Positions 49,511 through 62,500 are shown, counted from the stretch's first letter. The stretch is DNA of 64,000 nucleotides from Macrostomum lignano (GCA_002269645.1 NIVC01001750.1:101253-165252), one strand, 5' to 3'. Notes: generated by a model from the letters alone, not told the origin. Translations and numbers: made by a program.

Positions 49511-49817
49511 CAATAATAATATTAATTTATTACACCTGCCCTAATGGCCAGATGTGCAACCGACAGCTCAGCAGCAGCTATTTGCGCTGCGCATCTGAAG
49601 GCTGCGTACGGCTGTTCAGTCCAAGAACCAGGGGTCGCCAAACACATCCTCAATTACCTCAGCTAATGCTGGCACCCATTTTACATCTGGGTGAACTGAA
49701 GCAATGCAGAGTCAAGTGTCTTGCTCAAGGACACAAATTGTTCCAGTGAGTCGAGAATCGAACCCCTGACTTTTCAGTCGTGAGTCCGACGCTCTGACCA
49801 CTGGGCTGCAACACCCC
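49511..49817 (-). mobile_element. tRNA-derived CORE-type SINE (inverted copy)
   Basis: Reverse complement of 29044-29355 with scattered substitutions; same A/B boxes, core and AT-rich tail. Confidence 0.8.
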
Positions 49818-49839
49818 ATTCGCTGATAAAATTGACTTT

Positions 49840-50178
49840 CACCAAGGGGCGCCAGCACCAAGGGGCGCCAGCACCAAGGGGCGCCAGCACCAAGGGGCGC
49901 CAGCACCAAGGGGCGCCAGCACCAAGGGGCGCCAGCACCAAGGGGCGCCAGCACCAAGGGGCGCCAGCACCAAGGGGCGCCAGCACCAAGGGGCGCCAGC
50001 ACCAAGGGGCGCCAGCACCAAGGGGCGCCAGCACCAAGGGGCGCCAGCACCAAGGGGCGCCAGCACCAAGGGGCGCCAGCACCAAGGGGCGCCAGCACCA
50101 AGGGGCGCCAGCACCAAGGGGCGCCAGCACCAAGGGGCGCCAGCACCAAGGGGCGCCAGCACCAAGGGGCGCCAGCAC
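49840..50178 (-). repeat. 16-bp minisatellite (CACCAAGGGGCGCCAG)n, reverse complement of the 28727 array
   Basis: ~21 homogeneous units. Confidence 0.97.
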
Positions 50179-50575
50179 CAGCTTTAGAATGAGACAAATT
50201 TTTTACTAAAACATGCTGCAGAAAGTGACCAGAGAGGACTTGGTTTGTAAGCATTCCAGATTTAGGCTCTAATTAGTACTCCTTGAAGTTGCAGAGAGCC
50301 CGTCTGGATCGGCTCGCTATTGGCTGCAGAGCCAAATGTGAATTATCCAAAAATAGAGTTGCGCATGGCGTGCAGGCGCTCCTGCACTCCCCCCAAAGAA
50401 AATGAGGGAGAGAGAAACGAGAGGTGCAGGGAGCGGAATAGAGTATATCATAGGCCGCTGAATTTCTTCAGCAGCTAAAGCACAACACATTGCTTTAACA
50501 AGGATTCCAAGTTTGGAGAGCAGAACAGAATCGCTACAGTTGCCTTACAGAGACTCTGCCAACGCATCTGATTAA

Positions 50576-53500
50576 ATGCTACCCGAACTTTTGCATCAGC
50601 TGGTTCAACAGACAGTCAGCGGCAGCGAAAGCCTGTTGGCACCGTGGGCCTGGGCTCCAGCATTAGTCCTGCTGATTGTCCTGTTAGTCTATGGCATTTT
50701 CCTGCGCAAACTGGACTACACCCGCTCTCTGGAGGATGTTGGCTACATCACCTTCGACGGACTGTCGCGCAGAGACACCGCCAACCGGATCCGGCGGGCT
50801 CGCAAGGAGGGCCGGGTGCCGCCCGTGTACCCGAACGGCTGGTACCTGGTGATGGAGGGCGACCAGTTGAAACCGGGCGAGGCCAAGTCTGTCCAGATGA
50901 TCGGTGAGTGGCCCTGTGGCTCTGTGCCTGACGTGCTATTTACGAGAGCACTCACTGCTCTATAGTTTTATTAGTAAAATGAGCGAGTAGAACTTTTTCC
51001 AGTTTCCTTCTCTCTTCATCTATTGCTTCGGGTCAGTGGGCTTTGTTTATTCAACACTTAATTAAGTGTTCTAACTGTCTGTCTGATTGTCTCTTAGCTT
51101 GCTTTGCGAAACTTTTTAGACTCCTAATGACTTGAAAGGGTTTGATTGTGGCCCAGCAATTGAGGATCTGGAAGGCTGGCACAGCAACTGAGGATCTGGG
51201 AGGCTGGCCCAGCAACTCAGGATCTGGGAGGCTGGCCCAGCAACTGAGTATCTGGGAGGCTGGCCCAGCAACTGAGGATCTGGGAGACTGGCCAAGCAAT
51301 TGAGGATCTGGAAGGCTGGCACAGCAACTGAGGATCTGGGAGACTGGCCAAGCAACTGAGGATCTGGGAGGCTGGCCCAGAAATTGAGGATCTGGAAGGC
51401 TGGCACAGCAACTGAGTATCTGGGAGGCTGGCCCAGCAATTGAGGATCTGGGAGGCTGGCCCAGCAATTGAGGATCTCGGAGGCTGGCCCAGCAATTGAG
51501 GATCTGGAAGGCTGGCACAGCAACTGAGGATCTGGGAGGCTGGCCCAGCAACTGAGGATCTGGGAAGGCTGGCACAGCAACTGAGGATCTGGGAGGCTGG
51601 CCCAGCAATTGAGGATCTGGAAGGCTGGCACAGCAACTGAGGATCTGGGAGGCTGGCCCAGCAACTGAGGATCTGGGAAGGCTGGCCCAGCAATTGAGGA
51701 TCTGGAAGGCTGGCACAGCAACTGAGGATCTGGGAGGCTGGCCCAGCAACTGAGGATCTAGGAGGCTGGCACAGCAACTGAGGATCTGGGAGGCTGGCCC
51801 AGCAACTGAGGATCTGGGAGGCTGGCCCAGCAACTGAGGATCTGGGAGGCTGGCCCAGCAACTGAGGATCTGGGAGGGTGGTGGCCCAGTTATATTAATA
51901 GTTAACTGTACATCAAAGCGCTAAACACGCACATGCCACCAGTGCTTTCGTCATTTCCTTGCATCCTTTGCTACAAGAGTTGCTAGTTTCCATAAATATC
52001 TTCTGTGTAAACAATGATCAGTAAAATGTTAAATGTGCCTAAAATGTACGCTGCAGAAGAAAAAAGCATTTACCCGAAAACAATTATCTAATAAGTAAAA
52101 TCTTCAGTGCATTGACGTAATTAAAAAGTTGGACTACCAGGGCAGGCGTGCGGACATGCGTATGAACTGGTCAGTAAAATACAGTACAAAAAAAGCTTTG
52201 GTCAGTGCAGTCTGCTGGCTATTTGCGGCTTCAAATATTACCAAATACTCGGTAAACTCGTCTACCTGTCGCCCAACACTACCCCTATTTCGATTTCACT
52301 TGGGGCCTGCTCTGAGGCTTTATAAGTTTGAAAAGGGGGCGATTAGAAAGAGCCAAAAAATTGCAATTTTGCTGCGAAATTTGCACAAGATTTGCTTTAG
52401 CAGAAGCGTTTGCTGTCATGCAATATCAGGTGTTGTGAGACCCAAACACAAGCGGTGCACTGTCTCGGGACCTACCTTTGCACCCCGGCCCTGTATTATC
52501 AATAAAGAAACCAAAAATTACCAAGAAACAGATATGAAAATAAGATTGTTAGAGAAAGAGAGGAAACCTTAGGTTAGTTGTTTTACCAGTTTGAGTAGTA
52601 AAGTCTTCCTTTTTGGCCTTCTTATCAGCTGCCGAGGGTTAATCCACTGCACATATGACTACACTTATATAGATCCGTTTTAATTTCTTTTTATCTGACT
52701 TCTTAGCTTTGCTTGTTTTGGCTTCTTACCCTCGTATTTTAGGTTTTAAGCAAATACCTGATAGCTGGATATATACATGTTTATTCTTCGTCCCTGCATT
52801 TGCTTTATGGGCGTCTATATATTTTTTACAGAGGTCGAAAAGTGCAAAACTGATCTAGTCATGAAAAGAGAGCCCAGGGAATGGGTTGGAGGAAGGGTGG
52901 TTACCTGTAATAATCTGGGGTCGGGGTGCTGTCTATAACAGTCTGTGGGTAAGGGTGGCTACCTATAACAGTCTGGGGGTAGTGGTGGCTGCCTATAACA
53001 GTCTGGGGGTAGGGGTGGCTGCCTATAACAGTCTGGGGGTAGGGGTGGCTGCCTATAACAGTCTGGGGGTAGGGGTGGCTGCCTATAACAGTCTGGGGGT
53101 AGAGGTGGCTGCCTATAATACGAACTAGTCTGGGGGTAGGGGTGGCTGCCTATAACAGTCTGGGGGTAGAGGTGGCTGCCTATAATACGAACTAGTCTGG
53201 GGGTAGGGGTGGCTGCCTATAACAGTCTGGGGGTAAGGGTGGCTGCCTATAACAGTCTGGGGGTAGGGGTGGCTGCCTATAATGCGAACTAGTCTGGGGG
53301 TAGGGGTGGCTGCCTATAATGCGAACTAGTCTGGGGGTAGGGGTGGCTGCCTATAACAGTCTGGGGGTAGAGGTGGCTGCCTATAATACGAACTAGTCTG
53401 GGGGTAGGGGTGGCTGCCTATAACAGTCTGGGGGTAAGGGTGGCTGCCTATAACAGTCTGGGGGTAGGGGTGGCTGCCTATAATGCGAACTAGTCTGGGG

Positions 53501-56500
53501 GTAGGGGTGGCTGCCTATAACAGTCTGAGGGTAGAGGTGGCTGCCTATAATACGAACTAGTCTGGGGGTAGGGGTGGCTGCCTATAACAGTCTGGGGGTA
53601 GAGGTGGCTGCCTATAATACGAACTAGTCTGGGGGTAGGGGTGGCTGCCTATAACAGTCTGGGGGTAGAGGTGGCTGCCTATAATACGAACTAGTCTGGG
53701 GGTAGGGGTGGCTGCCTATAACAGTCTGGGGGTAGAGGTGGCTGCCTATAATACGAACTAGTCTGGGGGTAGGGGTGGCTGCCTATAACAGTCTGGGGGT
53801 AAGGGTGGCTGCCTATAACAGTCTGGAGGTAGGGGTGGCTACCTATAATAGTCTGCAGGTTGGGGTGGCTGCCTATAATAGTCTGGGGTTAGGGTGGCTG
53901 TCTACGCTCATATAATTCCAAACAAGTGTAAGTTAGGCTTACTGTAATATGTACAAGCCAAGTAGACACATGGGTCAACGCCCGATCCCTCCGTAACTGC
54001 GACCCCACAGGCAAAACCCTGGCCGTATTCCGCACGGAGTCGGGCGAAGCGCACATACTCGATGCCTACTGCCCGCACTTTGGCGCCAATATGGGCGCTG
54101 GCGGTCGTGTCGTTGGCGACTGCATCGAGTGCCCGTTTCACGGCTGGCAATTTCGCGGTTCAGACGGTCGCTGCGCTAGGATCCCGGTTCTGGCCGAAGG
54201 TGGAAAGAGTGAGAAAATGTTTAGCTAATCCTTTTGATTGAATGTAGCGCTATAAAATGTAAACCGTCAGATTAGCAAGCAAGGACACGGGTATAAACGA
54301 TGGAATAGATAACTACTTGTCTTAAAACTAACAAATTTTGTTTTTTTCGGCCAACGAAGTTTAAAAGTGCAACCGGAAAATCAAGCACATGTTAAATTTA
54401 GCTGGCTCAGAATTGCCAGCTTTATCAAGGCCGAGCCAATTTCTGCCATAGACAAGTTGGTCGCGAGCTCGTGCGACAGCAGAGACAGAGCCGCACTTTT
54501 AGAGGGCGCAGAAAATTCAGCTCAACCACCGATAGAAAGCGATCGCTCTCGGGCCACCATCGGAAGTGCAGCTCAACCAGCTAGCAAGCAAGTGCCGGGG
54601 CATTCAAACACCAATCGGAGCTACTCCAAGCGATAGAACTCAGCCTAAGCATGCGAGAATGCATCTCAGTACACATTGGTCAGGCTGGGGTACAGCTGGG
54701 CAACGCGTGCTGGGAGCTGTACTGCCTGGAGCATGGCATCCGACCCGACGGGACCAAGCTCGGAGCCGCGCCTCCAGTCGCAGCGCACTCGATGTACAGC
54801 TGCTCCTCCTCCTGCCAGCAGCCGCAGCCGCAGACTTGCTGCTCACACGACAGCTGCCCCAACTCCGAGGAGACGTTCTTCGCCGAGACGCAAAACGGCT
54901 CTAGAGTGCCTCGAGCAATGTTTGTCGACCTCGAGCCAACCGTGATTGATGAGGTGCGCTGCGGCGCCTACCGCCGGTTGTTCCACCCGGACCAGCTGGT
55001 CACCGGGCTGGAAGACGCCGCCAACAATTTCGCCCGCGGCCGTTACACCATCGGCAAGGAGCTGGCGCCGCAGGTTGCTGAAACTGTTGGGCGCCTCATC
55101 GAACGCTGCGATTTTCCGCAGGGTTTCCTGGTGTTCCACTCGTTTGGCGGCGGCACCGGCTCCGGTTTCGGCTCGCTACTGATGGAACACCTGGCCAACG
55201 AGTGCGGCAAGCTGTCCCGCCTGTTGTTCTCAATTTATCCGGCGCCCAGGATTTCCACGGCGGTTGTGGAGCCGTACAATGCCACTCTGTGCATGCGAGG
55301 CATGCGCGACCGGTCCGAGTGCAACTTCATCGCGGACAACGAAGCCCTGTACGACATTTGCCGGCGCGGTCTGGACATCGAGCGTCCAAACTACACCAAT
55401 CTGAACCGCCTGCTTAGCCAGGTTTTGTCGGCAGTGACCGCCTCGCTTCGGTTCGACGGCGCTCTAAACGTTGACCTGGCCGAGTTCCAGACCAACCTCG
55501 TGCCCTACCCGCGGATCCAATACCCGATGGTGAACTACGCTCCAATTCTATCGCCCGAGCGGGCCAATCACGAGCAGCTGAAAGTGTGGGACATGACCAG
55601 CGCCTGCTTCGACCGATCTAACCAGCTGGTGAACTGCGACCTGCAGTCTGGCCGCTACATGGCCTGCTGCCTGCTCTACCGCGGCGACGTGGCGCCCTGC
55701 GAAGTCAACATGGCCATCCAGCGCCTGCGCTCGTCCGAGCGTCGACGCGTCCGATTTGTCGACTGGTGCCCCACCGGTTTCAAGGTCGGCATCAACGGCC
55801 AGGTGCCGACGGTGGTGCCCGGTGGCGACCTGGCCAAGGTGCCCAGAGCTCTGTGCGCCCTTAGCAACACCACGGCAATCTGCGACGCCTGGGACCGGCT
55901 GGCCTACAAATTCGACTTTCTCTATTCGAAGCGCGCCTTCGTGCACTGGTTCGTCGGCGAAGGCATGGAAGAGGCCGAGTTCGCCGAGGCGCGCGAGTTT
56001 CTCAGCTGCCTACGACGCGACTACGAAGAGATCGACGGCACAGTGACCACTCCGACTGCGGGAGGCGCGACAGTCGTTGATGACTCATTGTCGTGGTCGC
56101 AGCAACAACCGCAGGAACAAAAATCTCAACAACAACAACAACAACAGAGTCCTGAAGACCAGCAACATCAGGCAAACGCAGAGTTGGAGAATTCATGACG
56201 ACAGCAAAAAAGTCGCCAGATTGCGTTTTTGTCGGGCCGCCGTTTTGTCACATTTTCCGCGGTCGATTCTCCCTCACCGGGTTGAGGTGCTTCTTTCGCT
56301 CTCGCACTCTCTGCAGCACTTTTCTGTACGTTCGAGACTTTTTGATACGGCGGGACGGCCTCTCTAAATTGGAGGTGGGAGGATGCTTTTATAACTTCCA
56401 GAATTTTCCAATCTCTTAAGCAGCTGCTCAGCTGGATTGTCTTGGCCGATAAACCAATTTTCGAATTTCTTTTTGAAAAAGAACACACAGAGCGTCACGT

Positions 56501-59500
56501 TAGAAAGCTTGAAATGCAATAAAAAAAGAATAAAAAGCTCTGCTTTCTTTGCGGACCTTCTTTTTAGGGTCCCGACTTTTTGTTTTATTGTCAAGTCTCC
56601 AGGTGGAAACAGACGGCTTTAATTGTTTCTTTATTGTCTTTTTTGAAGGTAACCCAACGGTCATTTATAACTGTGGTACTGAAGGGAGTAGGGGCAGTGA
56701 AGGGAGTAGGGGCAGCGAAGGGAGTTGGGGCAGCGAAGGGAGTAGGGGCAGTGAAGGGAGTAGGGGCAGTGAAGGGAGTAGGGGCAGTGAAGGGAGTAGG
56801 GGCAGTGAAGGGAGTAGGGGCAGTGAAGGGAGTAGGGGCAGTGAAGGGAGTAGGGGCAGTGAAGGGAGTAGGGGCAGTGAAGGGAGTAGGGGCAGTGAAG
56901 GGAGTAGGGGCAGTGAAGGGAGTAGGGGCAGTGAAGGGAGTAGGGGCAGTGAAGGGAGTAGGGGCAGTGAAGGGAGTAGGGGCAGTGAAGGGAGTAGGGG
57001 CAGTGAAGGGAGTAGGGGCAGTGAAGGGAGTAGGAGCAGTGAAGGGAGTATGGGATACATATTCGTGAACTTCATGCAAATAGGTTAATATTTTCATCTA
57101 AAAGCCAGCCAAAAAGCCAGAGTGGCTCGTGCAATTTTTCCTCCATCTAAACCGGAAACGAGAAATTTTAGCGTTTGTTAAAATTCGGGGGTTTGCAATA
57201 ATTGCATTGCGGCCTGTGCGTGGGCGGTTCGGGATGACAAACGCTTGCAGTTGTTAGTGGGCTGAGTGGGCGTTGGCGTGCTGGGGTGAATCATGCCCAT
57301 ATTTGCAAATACTGTATGGATTCACATGGACATCTGTCTGTGCGTACCTGGACTGGGGTAAGCACAATAGTTCAGAAATTTCATTTCCAATTGCTAGAAG
57401 TTAAAAATACTCAAAAGTATCGTTAGTTTCGAAAGTAAATTATATTTAATTTAAACACGCCGGAAGGAGCCAAACGAGACAAAGTCAGTTGCGAAAAGCA
57501 GGCAGCGGCCGAGAAAGCGGATCCCAGTGGATCAAGCGAAGCGTTTATTTATTAGTTTAAACGAGTTATTATTTATTGGTTCGTAAAAAGGAAATAAAAA
57601 AATTGAGAAATGGCGGCGGAGCCAAGCCGGGCCGGGTGCAGAGGCTTTAAGCTGGCCGGCGCGGCCAACACCCCCACACCTCAACCCCCCGCCAAAGTAC
57701 AGCGATATGTACAGCGGCACCCTCCGGCGCGTCTAACACCCTTACTCAGAGAGTAACGATTGCATCAATTAGTTATAAGAAACGGGTACATTATAAAGTA
57801 TAAACTGTAAAGTACTAGGAAATTCAAGGAAATTATGTTGTGTGCAGCAAGCCCTATAGTCCATGAGAGATCATGGATGACTTTCTCTGTCCTGCGCTGT
57901 TAAGCTCTAGATAGTCTAGATAGCGTTTGAGCATATCAACCCCAGCAGTGCGTCTGGGGTTCTTCACCCAGAAGGGCAATCTGCATGATTAATTTCATTT
58001 GTTCAGCCCAGTCGGTCTCATTCATCACATTCGCCAGACTGGTCAGCTATGCTCGTGTTGCATTAATTTTTTCTGGTGCACTTTTGTAAAATGAAAAATG
58101 CTCCCAGCATCGGTCCTGCCTTCGGAAAAATGTCCAACAGTCAGACTAATAATAGCGGTGAAGATGGACATATTTTTGGTGATTCTGTCTCTAACTTGGT
58201 GTCCTTATCTCAGATTGGGTGTCTTTATCTCAGATTGGGTGTCCTTATCTCTAACTTGGTGTCCTTATCTCAGATTTGGTGTCCTTACCTCAGATTGGAT
58301 GTCCTTATCTCAGATTGGGTGTCTTTATCTTAGATTTGGTGTCCTTATCTCAGATTGGGTGTCCTTATCTCAGATTTGGTGTCCTTATCTCAGATTGGGT
58401 GTCTTTATCTTAGATTTGGTGTCCTTATCTCAGATTGGGTGTCCTTATCTCAGATCGGGTGTCCTTATTTCAGATTTGGTGTCCTTATTTCAGATTTGGT
58501 GTCCTTATCTCAGATTTGGTGTTCTTATCTCAGATTTGGTATCTTTTGAGTAGTACTTTTGAGCGTTCCATGTACTATTGAAAATAGTGGATTTCATTTA
58601 CATCTTCATGCATTATTGGACCGTGAGCTGATAACAGACACAGCCTTGTTCCATCCGAGCGTTACAAACTTGAATTGGCTACTATTATAGTTAATCTACA
58701 CTCAATATCATTGTAGGAGTTGAATAGTCAGAGAATCCTGTCAATATTGGTTGCCTTTGGCACCCGGGATGCTTCAATTTAGCCAAGAAGCTCAAGAAGC
58801 TATACCTGAATCGTAAAGTATGAGAATAATAGTAATTCATGTAATTCACAACAGCACTTCCTTTATTAGGTACAGACGCTTTATTGTGTGGAACAACAAT
58901 GAAACGAATTAATAGTTAATGGAATTTAATAATAGGTTTCATTATGTACTTAATAAATATTGAATAGAACTTATATCCAGTCATAAAACTTGATAGAGCA
59001 GTGCGTACTTTTTTGAGGAGAGGTCGACTATATACTCCCAAAGTACTCCAAAGTACGTACGTGCATTCAGTTAGTAAATTTACAATAACGTTTACCCTCC
59101 TACCTGTATTAGGTCGTAGTGGCATTGCTTCGCGATTATACATCTCGCTTTCACGGTCCCTAGCCATGCCCATCCCCCTCTACTGTCTCCCCTCTCTCCC
59201 TCTCTCCCCTCACTCACTTTCTCCCCTCACTCACTTTCTCCCCTCACTCACTTTCTCCCCCTTTCTCCTATCTCCCTCTCTCTCCCTGTCTCTCCCTCTC
59301 TCCTATCTCCCCCTCTCTCCTATCTCCCCTCTCTCCTATACCCCCTCTCTCCTATCTCCCCCTCTCTCCTATCTCCCCCTCTCTCCTATCTCCCCCTCTC
59401 TCCTACCCCCCCTCTTCCTATCTCCCCTCTCTCCTATCCCCCCACTCACTTTCTCCCCTCACTCACTTTCTCCCCTCACTCACTTTCTCCCCCTTTCTCC

Positions 59501-62500
59501 TATCTCCCTCTCTCTCCCTGTCTCTCCCTCTCTCCTATCTCCCCCTCTCTCCTATCTCCCCCTCTCTCCTATACCCCTCTCTCCTATCTCCCCCTCTCTC
59601 CTATCTCCCCCTCTCTCCTATCTCCCCCTCTCTCCTACCCCCCTCTCTCCTATCTCCCCCTCTCTCCTATCCCCCTCTCTCCTATCTCCCCCTCTCTCCT
59701 ATCTCCCCTCTCTCCTATCCCCCCTCTCTCCTATCTCCCCCTCTCTCCTATCTCCCCCTCTCTCCTATCCCCCTCTCTCCTATCCCCCCTTTCTCCTATC
59801 CTCCTCTCTCCTATCCCCCCTCTCTCCTATCCCTCTCTCCTATCCCCCTTTCTCCTATCCTCCTCTCTCCTATCCCCCTCTCTCCTATCTCCCTCTCTTC
59901 CTATCTCCCCCTCTCTCCTATCCTCCTCTCTCCTATCCCCCTCTCCTATCTCCCCCTCTCTCCTATCCCCCTCTCTCCTATCTCCCCTCTCTCCTATCTC
60001 CCCCTCTCTCCTATCCCCCCTCTCTCCTATCTCCCCCTCTCTCCTATCTCCCCCTCTCTCCTATCTCCCCCTCTCTCCTATCCCCCTCTCTCCTATCTCC
60101 CCCTCTCTCCTATCTCCCCCTCTCTCCTATCTCCCCCTCTCTCCTATCTCCCCCTCTCTCCTATCTCCCCCTCTCTCCTATCTCCCCCTCTCTCCTATCT
60201 CCCCCTCTCTCCTATCTCCCCCTCTCTCCTATCTCCCCCTCTCTCCTATCTCCCCCTCTCTCCTATCCCCCCTCTCTCCTATCTCCCCTCTCTCCTATCT
60301 CCCCCTCTCTCCTATCCCCCCTCTCTCCTATCTCCCCCTCTCTCCTATCTCCCCTCTCTCCTATCTCCCCCTCTCTCTCTATCCCCTCTCTCCTATCTCC
60401 CCCTCTCTCCTATCTCCCCCTCTCTCCTATCTCCCCTCTCTCCTATCTCCCCCTCTCTCCTATCTCCCCTCTCTCCTATCTCCCCCTCTCTCCTATCTCC
60501 CCCTCTCTCCTATCCCCTCTCTCCTATCTCCCCCTCTCTCCTATCCCCCTATCTCCTTCTTCTTATCTCCCCCTCTCTCCTGCCCCTCTCTCTGTCTCCT
60601 CTCTCCTGCCTCTCTTCTTTCTCTCTCCTTGTCTTTTGTCTCCCCACCCTCTCCTACTTCAGTTCTCCCTCTACAGTGACTGTGAATGGAAGCACCCGTA
60701 ATTAAGAAAAAATGCAAATATTAAAATAGACCCGAAGCACAGTAGAATTCCAGCATAGTAAGTTACGAAAAAATTTTCTGTTTGTCCAAAATAGGGGCAC
60801 CCAGCAACTAAAAGAAGACCAGCTTTTATCTGCTGTCTCTCTCAGGTGGTATCTGCTGTCTCTCTCAGGTGGCATCTGCTGTCTCTCTCAGGTGGTATCT
60901 GCTGTCTCTCTCAGGTGGTATCTGCTGTCTCTCTCAGGTGGTATCTGCTGTCTCTCTCAGGTGGTATCTACTGTAGATGTCACCGATGAATTTTATAAAT
61001 TAATGCACTTTAACACCATTCTCCGTTCTCAGTTCCCGAAATGGCTCGCGTCACCAGTCACATCGTCAAGGAAGTAAACGGCGGCCTCTACTTGTGGTTC
61101 GACGCCGAGGGCAGAGAACCGACCTGGGATCTGCCTGTGATTGAAGAGATTGAAACTGGCGAATGGTCTTTCAAGGGTCGAACTAGGCACTTTGTTAACT
61201 GCCATATCGAGGTAAGAGAACCGCTAGTTTTCTTCTAACGAATGTACATTGTGAATGTACATTAAACAGCCATAGATTCCTTTCTTTGCTCTTATCTCGT
61301 TCCTGATTGGCTGGCTGTTTAGCCTCGTGTAGACCGCTAGGCATCAAATGTACACCTTAAATATCGCCGTGTTCTTTCTTTATCTGTTGAGGCAGAGTGG
61401 CTCCGACGCCAACCCCCAAAGCGCATGATGTATGCACACTGCGACTGCCAGACTATAAAGACTATATTCCTGCTAATAGCAAGGACTGCTCAAGTAGGAC
61501 GGGAAAACTGTTTCTAAGAAAATTTCAGAAGGCAGGTTTTTCCAAAGAAATATATTACGAAGATAGGCTTTCATGCTTTCAGCACAAAAATTGTTATTGC
61601 TGTTGATAGGAAGCCGACCCAGTTTTTATCTTTTTTACATGTTGTGCCTTTCTTTATAGCTCTATAGATATTATAAAATTACAATTATGTTTTATTATGT
61701 TTATGTTTATGTTTATGTTAAATTATGTTTATAATAGGATTCTACGTTAGGATTCTACGTTAATTTTACATGGTTTTACGTAAATCTATTATATCTAAAA
61801 ATCCTAAAATACATGGCACAGCTCGACTCATTAGTTTTATGAATCTGTTTCATCATCTCTATTATACATATTCTTACAGTCAGCTATAAAGAAACCTAAA
61901 ATTTCCAAGAAACGTTTTCCCATAAACCCGAAAAATCACGACACCGAAAGCACTTCCCATCATAAACCCGAAATATCATACACCCGAAATATCACAAACC
62001 CGAAATATCATAAACTCGAAATATCATAAACCCGAAATATCACAAACCCGAAATATCATAAACCCGAAATATCATAAACCCGAAATATCATAAACTCGAA
62101 ATATCATAAACCCGAAATATCACAAACCCGAAATATCATAAACCCGAAAAATCACAACTCCGAAAACCAAAATAGCATTGCCCATCATAAACCCGAAATA
62201 CCATAAACCTTATTTCGGGTTTGTGATATTTCGTGTTTGTGATATTTCGTGTTTGTGATATTTCGGTTTATGATATTTCGAGTTTATGATATTTCGGGTT
62301 TATGATATTTCGGGTTTATGCTATTTCGGGTTTATGATATTTCGGGTCTATGATATTTCGGGTTTGTGATATTTCTGGTTTATGATATTTTGGGTTTATG
62401 ATATTTCGGGTTTATGATATTTCGGGTCTATGATATATCGGGTTTATGCTATTTCGGGTTTGTGATATTTCGGATTTATGATGGAAAGCGCTTTCGGAGT

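Noticed and set aside
59001-60701. 566-aa Leu/Ser/Pro ORF
   Set aside because: Translation of a CT-rich satellite inside nvd intron 2.
6022-60970. Short tandem arrays as possible CRISPR arrays
   Set aside because: Units abut directly with no unique spacers, there are no cas genes, and the context is a spliced animal genome.
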